Origin: Azolla caroliniana
Taxonomy: Eukaryota > Plantae > Polypodiophyta
NCBI GenBank assembly: GCA_043228905.1
Contig: JBHGNT010000013.1
Location: 13,330,001-13,394,000 of the forward strand
Length of the DNA: 64,000 bases
Direction: 5' to 3'
Shown: piece after piece, positions 38,921-52,082 of the stretch
How the letters are laid out: every line of letters starts with the position of its first letter
Position numbering within the stretch: the stretch's first letter is position 1
The notes under the pieces: generated by a model
What the model was told of the DNA's origin: nothing
Database searches by the model: none
The model's input: the letters and a program-made list of their open reading frames with translations, nothing else
Program-made: the position numbers and the translations under genes

Positions 38921-41900
38921 TGTAATGTTTTTGGTCTCATAGGTCATATTTGACCTCCACAGATAATAATAGAATCTCTCTCTCTCAGGTCTAAACAACC
39001 CCTCTACGCAAAATTATGCCAGAGATTTCTCAAATGAAACTTCTGTGACCAGAAACTAGCGCCAGAAGCTTCCCAGCAATATGAAGGTGTTCCTTGTAAT
39101 ATCACAACCACACTTATTTTAAGGAGTTGGGACTCTTGAAAGTTGGAACCCCCTACACTGTCACATGTTACTATAAATTAAACAAAGCACATATAGTGTG
39201 ATTAAGGTTTTGAGGAAAGAAAAAACTCAAAAGATTTAACGTCATGCCAAATGAATTTGAGAGGCTCGTGACATATGGACTACTGTACAGGGATGGTAAT
39301 AGAACAATATCTTTCTCTAAGCTATAATGCATGAATATTAATCTGTGTGATTGAAAACTCATGCAACATTTGGATCTGTAAAATGATTTACCCAGAGGCC
39401 TATACAATTTCTTTTAGTTGGTTCCTTTTGCACTCTACAGTTGAACAGTGAAGAGAACTATTTCGCAATCATTCTATTTTTCTAGTATTTCTGCAGTGAA
39501 GTGTTTATTCCATAAGCTAATAAGCATAATCAGATCAGATGCTAGCATCATACCTTGCTTTCCATCTGCCAAGATCCTGCTTCACCTGGTGCTGCTAAGC
39601 CCAAAAATGCATATTTACCTGACATGCTCACTGGAGAAAGAAACCTATTTGACACAGTGAATAAATTCAAGCACGAGCAGACTTGTCTAGAATAAGCAGA
39701 TGATGGATTTATTCGACAATATACTATTTAGAGACTCATGACAAATCTCCTGTGGCCCAACATATTTTCATATGACAACAGCACATGTGTACATTCCCAT
39801 GAATTAAGAGAACAAGAAACCTATATTTTTGAAAGGGACAAGAAACCAAACAAATTACTTTCTTAAAATATAAATTTGGAAGTGATTGGAGTTCTCAATC
39901 TCACAACAAGTGCTCCATACTCTATGCATGTAACCAGAAGCTTCATAATATTAAGTTCAAAATCTGATGCCATATCTTTGGAATGGAATCAGTTGCTCAG
40001 TGGCAGACACAATAATAAGTGAAAAATCCCTAAGGTATGACAAAGAGAATTTATCGTAGTTCACTGGAAATCGTAGAAACGGGTTTTTAGGAGACCCCAA
40101 AAGGAATAACTCACTTATCTTCAACGAGCAATCTTCCACGGATAGATCCTCTTTCCCAGGACTTCGGATAGTCAGGAGATTTCGGCCAGCTGTATGGCCA
40201 TGCGGCAACCTCAGAGAACATCTGAACAAAACATAAGCAACGCATTAGCCATCAGTAAGTCAAGCTAATAAAACCAAACATCATGCAGCATGGGATGGGC
40301 CGTAGCTTCTTGAAAGAACAAAGAACACAAGATATGATATTCATTTCTTGATGGCCAATCTTAAAATACTGTCTTGAACAAATGAGCTACTAAAGATTGA
40401 CATTAATTGCCTATACTAAATCATATAGCTAAAAAACCCTAAAAATGAAGGAAAACTTAGCCATCAGTAAGTCCAGCTAGTAAAAACAAACATCATGCAG
40501 CATGATGGGATGGGTCATAGCTTCTTGAAAGAACAAAGAACACAAGATATGATATTCATTTCTTGATGGCCAATCTCAAAAAACTGTCTTGAACAAATGA
40601 GCTATTAAAGGTCGACATTAAATGCCTATACTAAAGCATATGGCTAAAAACCCTAAAATGAAGGAAAACTTTCAGCATTGACAAGCACTACATCATAGTA
40701 GCATAGCAAATACTAGCTGCAACCACAACAGAAAGAGAAAAACATGGACAAACAACAAAGGTTACATCACGACATAATTAATAACTGTAATAATGTGATT
40801 ATACCAAGGAGCAACAGCTTTCATATATGAGTGTCAAAATCAGATAAGATTCATTTCCTCCTATACCCTCTATATAATTGAGCCATAGCAATGCAGCTTA
40901 AACATCAACCAAAAAACTTGCATACATGCTCAGTCAAAAATAAAGTGCATACCTTTTGTTTTGCATCATTCCATAACAGGGAGTGATGGCATCCCTCAGG
41001 AATTGAATTCAGGTATATGAGTACAGGACCAAAAACTTTTGTCCATGCTTCACCTTGCCGGAATTGAGCACATAATGCCTCACCCGCATAATGAGCACTA
41101 TGAAACATCTAAACGATCATTAAACAGTAATTAAAATATGAAAATCAATGAGATATTTCATTGGACACTAATCAGAAAATATTTATAACAAATGCCCAAC
41201 ATAATCAAGAAAAGGAAAAGATTGGCCTTCATTTTTTGCAATAGAACATGTTCATGAAATACAGCTCACAGAGAGACATGTAGGCCCAACATGAGAGGTT
41301 AGGTTCTGCTTCATAATACCACCATTCCGGAACTCATTGCTAGCAGTGATGACCCAGAATCCAACTAGTGGTTGCATACTGATCCATCCATGGAACCGGT
41401 TTTCTCTGTTGTCACAAGAGTACTGGTATTTATCATCAACCTGCAATGTAGTGGCTGTTACAAACTCGTAGATTGATCCTTTTATAGGAGCTCGATGTCA
41501 AAACAATAGAATTATGTATCCAAAAGGAAGCATGCATTCATTTGTATGTGTCCTAGCTCCTTGAAAACAAGAATTTGTGGGTGTTTTTAGCTTGATGTCA
41601 AAGCAATAGAATTATGTATCCAAAAGGAATCATGCAGTCATTTGTACGTCTCCTACCTCTCCTTGAAAACAAGAATTTGTGGGTGTTTTCGCTTGATGTC
41701 AAAACAATAGAATTATGTATCCAAAAGGAAGCATGCAGTCATTTGTATGTGTCCTACCTCTCCTTGAAAACAAGAATTTGTGGGTGTTTTTCGCTTGATG
41801 TCAAAACAATAGAATTATGTATCCAAACGGAAGCATGCAATCATTTGTATGTGTCCTACCTCTCCTTGAAAACAAGAATTTGCGGGTGTTTTTAGCTTGA

Positions 41901-44900
41901 CAGCTTCTGGATAAGCTAGTTTTTCACAACAACTAGGCAATACATCATCTGGAGAAGGCATAAACCTTTGTTTATTGTCTGAAACCGCCATGTAGTGGAA
42001 CCTGTTTAAAATAAATTTTTAAGATGATAGAAAATAACATAGCCATCAATGCATTTAGACAAGGATAATCTTCAAAAGATTCAAAGAAAGGAGGCAATGA
42101 TCTACTTCCATAATGATTGTTCTGTTTTATAACTGAAAACAGGGACTATATTACTCATGCTCCATCAAATGAGAACTGTGGTGCATTTGGAGAAAGACCA
42201 CACACCCAATTTGACAGTAGCATCTACTCTTGAATGTTGATAGCTTCAAGCTAGTTTCTAGGCCATGGCAAGCAATGGGTTGGCAAGTTTTCTTTACATA
42301 TATAGCTGTCGACTCTTTCTAGACAATCACTTCATACACCTTCCTATCTCAAGAAGTACACTAGAATATGGAATTTGCTTTTACTATCAAATCCCAATAA
42401 TGGGATAAGAAATCTTTTGTATTTTTTCTGTTTGATTCCACATGGTTTACTTCCACTCCATACAGCACAATGTGTACAACACATGTATCAAAGATTGTTG
42501 TTTTTATTTCAAATTGGTAGTTGGATATATTCGAAATGATTTATCAGACATCTGTCACTAAATGTTTTTCCCGAGTGCACCCCCTTACTCCTATTCATTA
42601 TTGTTGCTCAATCATCTTTGGGCTCAAAACTCAATTTCAGACCTCACGACTATGTAAAGTAAGACGAGGTTTTTATTCAGCATCGGAGGTTAATCATCCC
42701 TATAATATGATTCGTTCCCATAATTGTTCACAATATATTTTGAAGTATGAAGTTCGACAGGTTTGGTAGTAAAGTTGATGCTTTTTTATGATATAATTAG
42801 CATATACGATGTACCTCATACAGTATTTCTAGGAAGACTTCAATCATACGTAACAATTTCCAAGGTTAATCATCTCTATAATATATGAATTGATTCCCAT
42901 ACTTGTTCCTAATATATTTTGAAGCATGAATTTGGACACGTTTGATGATAAAGTTGATGCTTTTTTATGATATAATTAGCATATTCATGTACCTCCTACA
43001 GTATTTTTGGGAAGACATCAACCATAGTTTTGTACATGTTGAATTTGTCATATGTTTGACTTATGAAAAACTATGAATGGAATCTTATTCATCTGTTATT
43101 TTGACTGATGAATGAATATTTTCTCACAAAAAAACATATGTCAACTATATTAAAAAAATGTAAGAACTGCTTTTTTCACATCGAAATTTATACATCCTTA
43201 CTTATCTTTCCGCAATTTGAAGGTTATCCGTGTTTGATTGAGGTTGAAATCTGCCCACCCTGCAGGCCTCTCATATATGGCATAAGTATAGAAGCCACTA
43301 ATCCCACGAAGAAGAATAAACCTATGCAAATCATCAAATGACATGTTTTCTACTGTCTGAAAATTTTGAGTTTATAATTACGGTACTATGCCTACTGTAA
43401 CTGTACCTTTTATCAATATTCAATGGTATCATTCCTGGTTTCGTATCAGAAACAGAAAGCCGAACAAACGAGACTTCCACAATCTCTGGACTCTCCTGAA
43501 TAATATGATATGAAGTGCCATAGATGCTGCAATGATCCTCAAAGTTGGAAATACATTTTTAAAAATATTCAGAATCATGAACAGCAATGTTTTTCTAAAT
43601 AAACCAGAGATTTTGCAAATGTTTGTTAAAGGGGGAAAAGAAACCCCTGGATGAATAATTATTACACACTCCCTATGCACTATATCCTAAGGTACTAAAG
43701 GAGAGGGACCTACAACATTATTACACACTCCCTTTCTCTATCTACAGGATCAAAACTCATTAATGAGCTTTTGCATATGGAATTTGACAATGTCGCTGCA
43801 ACCTCTCTTGAAAATTTGCATATCCTTGTACATGTATGTAACTTTTCTGCTTAGAATCCATTGCACATTAACTAGAAATGTGATTCTAAAGTCTAAGATA
43901 CCCATATGGATATCTCATGCAAACTTCATGTAGGTTGACCATTGTACTCTAATGAGATTTCTTCACACTAAAAACCATTTCCTTTTATGCTAAGCAGGAA
44001 GCCAAAACCTTTACATCACCGTGAGTATTTTAAGGGTATGCTGTCTGCTTGGACGCACGGTTGCTTGGGATGGGAAACGGCTGTGAATGGAGGATGGATG
44101 CTTGGTATTGACAGGATTTGAGTCAAATGAGAAAGAGACTTGAGATGAGATCAATTACATTGAACATAAGACAACATATTGAATTATTAACGAAAAATGA
44201 TGAGTCATGCTAGTTGAATTATGTTTCAAATTGTTGTGTCAGAGGCGGTTTCAGCTTTCAATGCTTATATTATATGGATGTAATATACGATTTTTGTCAC
44301 GATACCTATCAACAATATACAAGTAGACCTTTTGAGAACTAATACATTCAACAAACAATAAGCATCGCCTATGCACACACAATAATTCAATAGTAATTTC
44401 AAGTTGGGATCTTGTTCTTGATTTATAACCCACTCAATATGCTCAATAGTAATAAAGATGAGATTCTATACCAAGTAAATCAGTGGTGATTCTAGAACCT
44501 ATATTGCATATATCCATGAAGTAGAGGATGACATTAGAGAGTTGTTCGGATTTTTGAAATGTAGAAGGGCTTTATTTCACAAATCTCCAATGTATGACCA
44601 TAAGGTGGCTGGTTACTCACACATCAAAATTATCCCGCCCTCCAGGCTCATTCCAGTTGAGATCCCAATACCTGGTAATGAGAAAATACATATATACATT
44701 ATATATTTATTATCTAAAGCACAAGATCAAAGAGAAAACAGAGCAGGATAATAATCACTTGATGCACTATGTCAAAGAGGGAAACCCCAATTTATAACTG
44801 CCATCAAATTCACTAATTCAAATAGAGAAAGAACAAGCATTAAAAACTTGGCATACCCTCTATTTGTCTCTCTATTCCTTATCTCTAGTACATTGTCTAT

Positions 44901-45490
44901 TCCACCATAACAAAGGCATAGGACAATCCCACCAGGCTTGGATAGTGTAACTTGGAGAATATGATTATCCAAAACAACCTGCATAAGAAATACATGTAAA
45001 ATTCATAATACATCCAATTCTTATATAACATAACATGTTCATACTTCCCTATACCACTCTTACTCTAAATATTTCCCCAGGAATACAAATACAATGATAA
45101 TACATTAAAAAATCCAATTTCGATTTATGGCATGAACTTTAAGATGCCACTCTGGGACAGTGCATCGCCTAATAAACACATGTCCAATTATCAATACACG
45201 AAATGACCCAATTTACACATTTGACATGAAATTTAGGTATATATACAAAACTTTTACACGCCACTATTGGACTATGCATTGCCTAAAGAATACATATGAG
45301 ATATTCGTGGTCCGTGAAATAATCCAACTTAGTCTTCTTTCTGTAGTAATCTTTGCACTGAAGTCTCGTTAATTATTATTGGTTGATCCCATTATTTCTG
45401 TGTAGAACTAATTTTACGCTGTTGAGATAGGGGATGTACATGATTCCCTCTGTCGATCAAGCGTACATCCCCAGCAGAGATCCTGCTGTA
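34806..45490 (-). CDS. Rhamnogalacturonan endolyase (polysaccharide lyase family 4), multi-exon; first exon(s) uncertain, possibly up to ~45875
   Basis: Exons ~45487-45440, 44978-44857, 44671-44621, 43526-43407, 43321-43202, 42001-41860, 41440-41270, 41108-40953, 40221-40115, 39644-39554, 36984-36843, 36694-36538, 36450-36334, 36070-35944, 35045-34806. Motifs NRGYWDLNW, VDDKYQYS, KQNLTSHVGPT, SAHYAG, WEIGIPDRTA, DNAIARHGIHG, MYDYLRLE. Confidence 0.93.
37830..38391 (+). mobile_element. Decayed LINE 3' fragment related to 3012-4250, with its last 193 bp tandemly duplicated
   Basis: Translates to RPSYMD..LRISS..EERICHC..YEIRGRY..CLGLFLLELK, matching RPRYLD..LRISSH..EERLC..YAEIRAEY..LGRYILELK; duplicate units at ~38003 and ~38196. 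Confidence 0.75.
40245..40670. repeat. ~212-bp tandem duplication in lyase intron
   Basis: ttagccatcagtaagt..aatgaaggaaaact present twice. Confidence 0.9.
41490..41900. repeat. Four tandem copies of a 101-102-bp unit spanning a lyase exon end and 5' splice site
   Basis: cctacctctccttgaaaacaagaatttg at 41855 (true donor), 41753, 41652 and degenerate at ~41552. Confidence 0.92.
42687..43026. repeat. ~176-bp diverged tandem duplication in lyase intron
   Basis: aggttaatcatc..taaagttgatgcttttttatgatataattagcatat..ggaagac twice. Confidence 0.85.
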
Positions 45491-46329
45491 TAAACACGAG
45501 ATCATGTTTTTTTTTAAGACGACGATGTGAAAAAATAGGCGCAGGTAAAGTATTTGTTTTTATAAATTGACAGAGTTTCCATGAACCTGAGCATTGTGAG
45601 TCTGAAGAAGGAAGGCTCTGTTCCCCTCCCATACAAAAACAACATAGAAATGTATGTATGTATGTATGTATATAATGTATGTACATAAGAAATTAGTAAA
45701 GATGGGGGTGGTTAGATCCACGCCGCATAGAAGAAGAAAGTCTCGAGCCGCCCCCGAAACTTGATCCGTCCATCCGTTTGGTCCGGCCGGCCATGCCCGT
45801 AACAAAACCCTCTCTTCTTCTGCTTCTTCTTTCTACTTTCGACACGCCATGGCCATTGCTTTTATGCCTGGACATGAAACATGTGATCCCCTGTTCCCGA
45901 GTTATGGTCGGCCACCATTACATGGGAAGCATTCTCATGTGGTGTGCATAGTCAAATCCCCCCCCCCCCCTTAGGGGACAACACATTGGGGGATGGGTTC
46001 GAAGAGGGGTGGTGGCAAAGGGGGGAGGACCTGGTTGTCCCATCTCAAGTGTATATAATTCTCGATGAGATAGGTAAGTAGTAAGTTGTCTGTCACAAGA
46101 CATGTCCAATGAGGACCTATCAGAAAGAAGCTGTGAGTGTGAAAGTGAGAGCTAGAAAGGAAGAAAGATATATTAACGTCTTCTAAGAACAAATTTGGCC
46201 CATGAGAGAGAGATAGAGTGTGCAATTCGTGGTGTGGTATGGTCATGAGCGAGGGTTGTGCTGGAAAATGAGTGTGACAAGGCTTCTTCCTCTCTATTGT
46301 TTGTTTGTTTGAAATATTGAAAATTTTAA

Positions 46330-46700
46330 AGTTTTTAAGTATCGAGTTTTGACCTAACTTGAAAACCGAAACCAAACCGTGAAACCAGAGTTTGAACGGT
46401 TTAACAGTTTAAGGGTTCGAAAAATATATCTACAGTTGTTTGGTTTGCGCTTGGAATTTTTTGGTAGCAGTTCGGTTTGAAGGGGGGGGTTTACTTTAAT
46501 TGGTTTCGCAGGGTTACGGTTCGGTTTAAGTTTCAAATGTTATAAACGGTTTGCGTTGTTCGGTTTGCGCTTGGAATTATTTGGTAGCAATTCGGTTTGA
46601 AGGGGGGGTTTGTTTTAATTGGTGTCGCAGGGTTACGGTTCGGTTTAAGTTTCAAATGTTATAAACGGTTTGAGTTTTGACACTGTCGAACCGAACCGTT
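46330..46700. mobile_element. hAT-MITE-like remnant rich in AACCG/CGGTT motifs with internal ~119-bp duplication
   Basis: aaaccgaaaccaaaccg and ggttcggttt motifs; units at ~46435 and ~46555. Confidence 0.5.
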
Positions 46701-47129
46701 GGGTGGGAGGTTTGGATGGGCATTTCTGGAGGCAATTATGTACATAATATGTATAGGAAACTCAGGGAAAGGGAGGGGCATTTCTTCGACTCTTGACTGT
46801 CTGATTCTCAGGGCGATGCTGATGATGAAGAAGGATTAGACGATGATGCCGCTGCAAGCAGCACCTCTTCTTAGCTCTGCAGAGATTTCTGATGCGACAA
46901 GAAAAACGACACACACGATTGAGTCCCATCTCCTGATGACCATGCCGATGATGGCTCTTCTCGCCTCATAGATGAACCTCTCCTTCTCCTCCATATCAAA
47001 CGCTTCCTACTTTTGACACGAAATCTTTTCGACTAGCAGGTATGACTCTTGGTGCGAGTGATTGAAGAAAAATCCATGCAAATTGAAATGAAGTTCTTTT
47101 CTGGTTTTTTCTGCAGGATTTCTTGCACA

Positions 47130-49997
47130 ATGTTACTCTTAGTTATCGGATCCTTGTTGCTTGGGGGGCTAATGATGCGCGTTTTCTATGTCCTTTGGAA
47201 TACAGGAAAGCCATGTCCAGAAATCTATGGCAAAAAAGCTTCTTTGAAAACCCTTGTAGTACTAGGATCAGGTGAGATTCATGCTTTATCTTGCTATGAA
47301 AGTTTTTGGACAAATATGAATTGCTGAGCTTAAGCTATTTCACCTTTATTTTCCACATCTTTTTCAAGAGAAAACTCTTTCCTTTTGAAATTATGTAGCT
47401 AAAGGTGAGATCCACGCAATTGCATTTCTGAAAACTTGTATAGAATGTGTTTCTAGCTTCTTTCATTTTGTGTCAAGAGATTTGAACTATTTTATAGAAT
47501 CTTAATCATCAACATGTTATCATCATCTATTAATGATGGGTCTGATAGAGTTTCTTATGTTTCTTGTGATTCCTTGAAAAAAATGATGCCTAATCACTAC
47601 GTTTCTGGTAGAGTTTTTATGACCGTTCTTAGTGTTCCTTGAAAAACGGTTGTATGCTGAATTCAAGGATGTTAATTGGATTATGTGTAGAGCTCTAGAT
47701 ATGACAGATACCACAAAGATAGCCGAGTACAAGAGACTGAGCCCCATATATTACATTTGGATCTTAGAGGGATAACGAAGGAAGATTTGGTAGCTTCTTT
47801 TACAACTAGAAGCGAGCAATACTTTGTTGATTGATTCTAAAGTTTGACTATCGTTGAGTTTTGCATTGATGAGATGTCTTGGAACAAAGATGGCATCAGA
47901 GATGATCTTTCCTTTTGGGGATAGTTCATGGATTTTCTCTAAAAGCGTTCCCTCAGATTTTCTGAGCAAAATCTGTGCTGCAAAAGCCAATCTACTGGCC
48001 ATTCTGGAGGCTATGATGTAGTAGAAATATCGCGTAAGGTTCTTACTTCTTGATGTAGTGTGATAAAAATGATGATGACATACTAACATTGATGGGGCCA
48101 ACGTGAATAGTATTGAACCCGTAACCTTAAAAATTCCAAACATACACATAACCACTACACCATTTTGTTGAAAAACTGGCCAGAATCTTATTTCCAGCCT
48201 GATTACTCTCCTGTTTCGGTCCAATAGCAAATTGCCTAGTAACTCTACAAAGCTTTTCACTGCCTCATGATCCTTCACTCAATCTGTCTTTAGGTGTTTC
48301 TGCCATATAAAATGGCCATTTTCATCCATTGATAGGTTTGCCTTTACATGTGTAGTCCATTTTCTAATTCCCTATTTTTACTGCACAGTTTTTACATAGC
48401 ATCAGTCTTCAGAGAAACTGTTGCCTTACATCCAATATTTAGAGTTGTCTTCTGATTACTGCTGTTAGGATTTGCCCATGATGCTCTGATTTAGGGTTTG
48501 TGCATACAACTTCTCTTACAATTTTTAGAATAGCTCAATAGGTATGCATTTGATTGATACTCACAATTATTATTGTGTATTACATATACCAGGATTTAGG
48601 ATTTGGCTTTAGGCCATCTATTCAACTTCGATAGTTTTATCCCCCTCCAGACTTCATCTTCCTACCATTGCATGCCCTTGCCTGTTCACTTCTTTCTAGA
48701 GTATATGAACCATTTAGACTTGGATTCATTATTTAGATTCGTTCTGTAGCTATCAAGCTTCAATGGTAGGCTGATTCTTTGTTGATCATTGATGCAATGT
48801 TGTGCAGTTTGCTCTCTTGTTCCCTATGTAATAGGTCGATGCACATGTTTGATTTGAGCTTGCAGAACACATTTTTCCCTCTAGTAAGAGCGATGTTTGA
48901 TAACTCCGATTTACAATATGGAGGAACATAATGCAATGCATATTCGTGACAGAATTTCTTCTTTGACAAGAAAATCTGTTGGTGTCTCCATTTTCTAATG
49001 GCCCTAATGTATCTTACAGTTTCTAGCAGTTTCATTGTTCTCTCTTTTGAAGTTCTTATATTTCAAATATATAATGCTGTGTACTGATCATAGTGTCTCT
49101 CCTCAGGTGGACATACTGCAGAAATGCTCAATCTTATTGATGTTTTAGACAAGCAGAGATTCTATCCCCGTATCTACATTGCAGCTCTTACAGACAATAT
49201 GAGCCTCTCTAGGGCTGCAACAATGGAGGAATCAATGATGAGCAAAGATTCTTCGACCTGTAAGGTAGGTCTCACAGCATATATTGCATATTTTAATTGT
49301 ATGTTGGTTGAAGAACATGTCTATGTTGTATATGGACAGGCTCACAATGTCTCAAGTTCAAGAATATATTGAGATTGTTCCACTGTGCTGCAGGATGATG
49401 TTCATTATGTACAAATATATAGGAGTCGAGAAGTAGGACAGTCCTACTTCACATCTATCATAACAACGTTAATTGCAACATTACATGGATTGTTGCTTGT
49501 ATTTAGATTCAGGCCTCACATTGTAAGTACATGAACCATGGAATAGAATGCCCCACTATAAATGTTGATTCTTAATCTTGAATTTTGACCTTGGGATTCG
49601 TTTTTATCGAGCCGAATGCTTTGATAAGTTTCTCGTATGGATTATTGAATAATTAATTAATATCATGGGTTACAGATTTTGTGCAACGGACCAGGTACCT
49701 GTATACCTATATGTGTGGCAGGGTTTCTTCTTAAGGTTATTTTTGTTTTTATATTTAATGTTCATATATCTCCTTTATGAGCTGTTTCATATATTTCTTA
49801 TATGGCCCTTTTTTTTATAGGTTCTGGGTGTGCGATGGGTTGTAATTGTTTATGTTGAGAGCATAGCCAGGGTGAAACATCTCTCCCTTTCGGCTCTTAT
49901 TCTATACAAACTCAAAATGGCAGACAAAATTTATGTTCAATGGAGAAAGTTGCAAGAGCAATATCCTCGCTGTGAGCTTGTAGGCCGATTGATGTAA
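47130..49997 (+). CDS. ALG14: UDP-N-acetylglucosamine transferase subunit ALG14
   Basis: Exons 47130-47271, 49107-49264, 49394-49522, 49676-49735, 49821-49997; motifs VVLGSGGHTAEM, IYRSREVGQSY, LCNGPGTCIP, YVESIARV..LSLS, VQW; N-terminal hydrophobic anchor; probable 5' UTR intron 47040-47116. Confidence 0.95.
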
Positions 49998-51738
49998 AAG
50001 ACCGAGTCCTATTACCTCCACTATGTCAAAATCAGAGATTCAAGTGGAGTAAGATATTAAGTGTACCTCACACATTTTTAGAGCATTTGGTCATGGTGGA
50101 GATTGATCACATGGCTATAAGGAAAGAATGTTGGGAAGAATAATGTTTCCTAAAGTTCATATCCACAACATTATTCTTATGTTCTTTCTCATTTTTCCGA
50201 TGTATACTATTGAGTTATTATTAAAGTGTTCTCTTGATGGAATGCTTGTCTAGTATAACCCCACAATAACCACTTAACAGTGTAAAAGCACTTATAATGG
50301 ATGGTTCTTGGTTAGCCATTGATCCCCTAGTACCTTATGCATGATTTAGTTTCCAAGGTTGTTTATTCAATGGCCAGGCAACTTTACCATTCTTAACATA
50401 ACTTAGTTTTAACAATCGCTTCTTTAGGTTAAGAGTTAGCTTTCCTTGGGTTAGATTTCCCTTGAATTGAACATTAAAACATATAAGATACTTTTTGTAG
50501 CCTACAAGTTTCAATCCAATGTTCATCTTTAACACATTTATTTTTCTTCCAAAATGAGTACATCATCATCTCCTACTATATCCTCATTATTTATTACATG
50601 CTCTAGCATTGCCATTTCATTTGGAGGAGTGCTAGAAACCTCTACTATGGTGGTGTTTGTTTACATTTTACCATAAATTTGCCCAACTTATCAGTTGAAG
50701 TGATGCCTTGTATACAACCCCCAATGCAATCGACAACAAAAAAGACTTTATGCCTTTCGTTTTTATATTTACCCGTGTCAATCTCTTCCCACTAGTATAC
50801 TTGCATACATGTCAATCTCTTCCCACTAGTATACTTGCATACATGACCTAAATTGAGCAGGGTTTAGGGTTCTAACAACTATCATTTTTCCTAATTCCTC
50901 AATTGCATTTTGAATAAGAGGCCATAGGAAAGAGAACTATTCTCAACCCAAATTAGGCAATCTTGCTTCAAAATTTCTTGGAACTCTACATGCTCTCCAA
51001 GGGACATTGTAAACTTAAACTCTTAAGAAGAAGATTGGAATGTGAGACAAACTCTATCAAGTCATTCTTTAGTTGAAAATATAACCTTAAAAGAAACCCT
51101 CATGCCTTTGTATATATGGCACTATTTGTACCCACCATAGAATTAATCCATTGACAAACCTAGTCTATGAAGAGTGTTTTGGTTGTAAAAAAACAAATAA
51201 CACTTATGTCATAAATTCTTATCCACCATCTCTAATAGAACTCGTCATGGTTTTGTTCTATCCCTTCTTCTTCTTTTTCATAAATAATGCCTTTCATTCT
51301 AAAAGAAAACACCACCATGAGTGCGAGCTATTCAAGTACGAAAGACAATGTCACAAAACAAATGTTCCGGCTGAAAGGTGGCTAGTGGGGGAAGAACACA
51401 AAAGGCGGACGAGCTTTGGCAATGGTTGGGGAAGGGAGAGATTAAGTGCAGATGCATGGCAACGCATTACATCCTTTGTTGTATTTGGGTGTTTAAATTT
51501 AGGGCTTGGTTCCATGACACAAACCTTCAAGTCAAACACTAGGAACTGAAACCCTAGTGAGTAGTAATCACTGAAGGTTCCACCCTAGAAAGAGCTACAA
51601 ACATAGTAACATATATGTGTACATGTGGGTGCTCGAATAGGGTTTTATTTCAAATGTATTGAAATTGCAGGGCCGTTTCTGTAAATTACAAGAAAGTGAG
51701 AACTCCACCCTCACTTTATAATACATATTAGAGAAAAG

Positions 51739-51996
51739 TACTAGGATGCCCCTGGAACTTCGTCTATTTACCAAAATGCCCCTGGAAATTCCAAATTTAC
51801 CAAACTACCCCTATGTCCAAAAAAGTACACTTTTTCAAGTAATTATACACTCAAATCTTAGATAAGTAGGGCTAGTTCGGGTCCATTTCTTCCATCTTTG
51901 GTAAATAGGGCTTGTAGATTTGAGTGTATAATTACTTTAATTTTTTGGACATAGGGGTAGTTCGGTAAATTTGGAACTTCCAGGGGCATCCTGGTA
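51739..51996. mobile_element. Foldback/Mutator-like MITE with long inverted arms
   Basis: atgcccctggaaattccaaatttaccaaactacccctatgtccaaaaaa..gtaattatacactcaaatct is mirrored by agatttgagtgtataattac..ttttttggacataggggtagttcggtaaatttggaacttccaggggcat. Confidence 0.8.
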
Positions 51997-52082
51997 TATT
52001 ATTATGTATGTATATATATGTATATGTATATATGCGCGTGAAGTGATGCCTCGACGGGGTTTTTCAGGGTTTCTCTGCGAGA

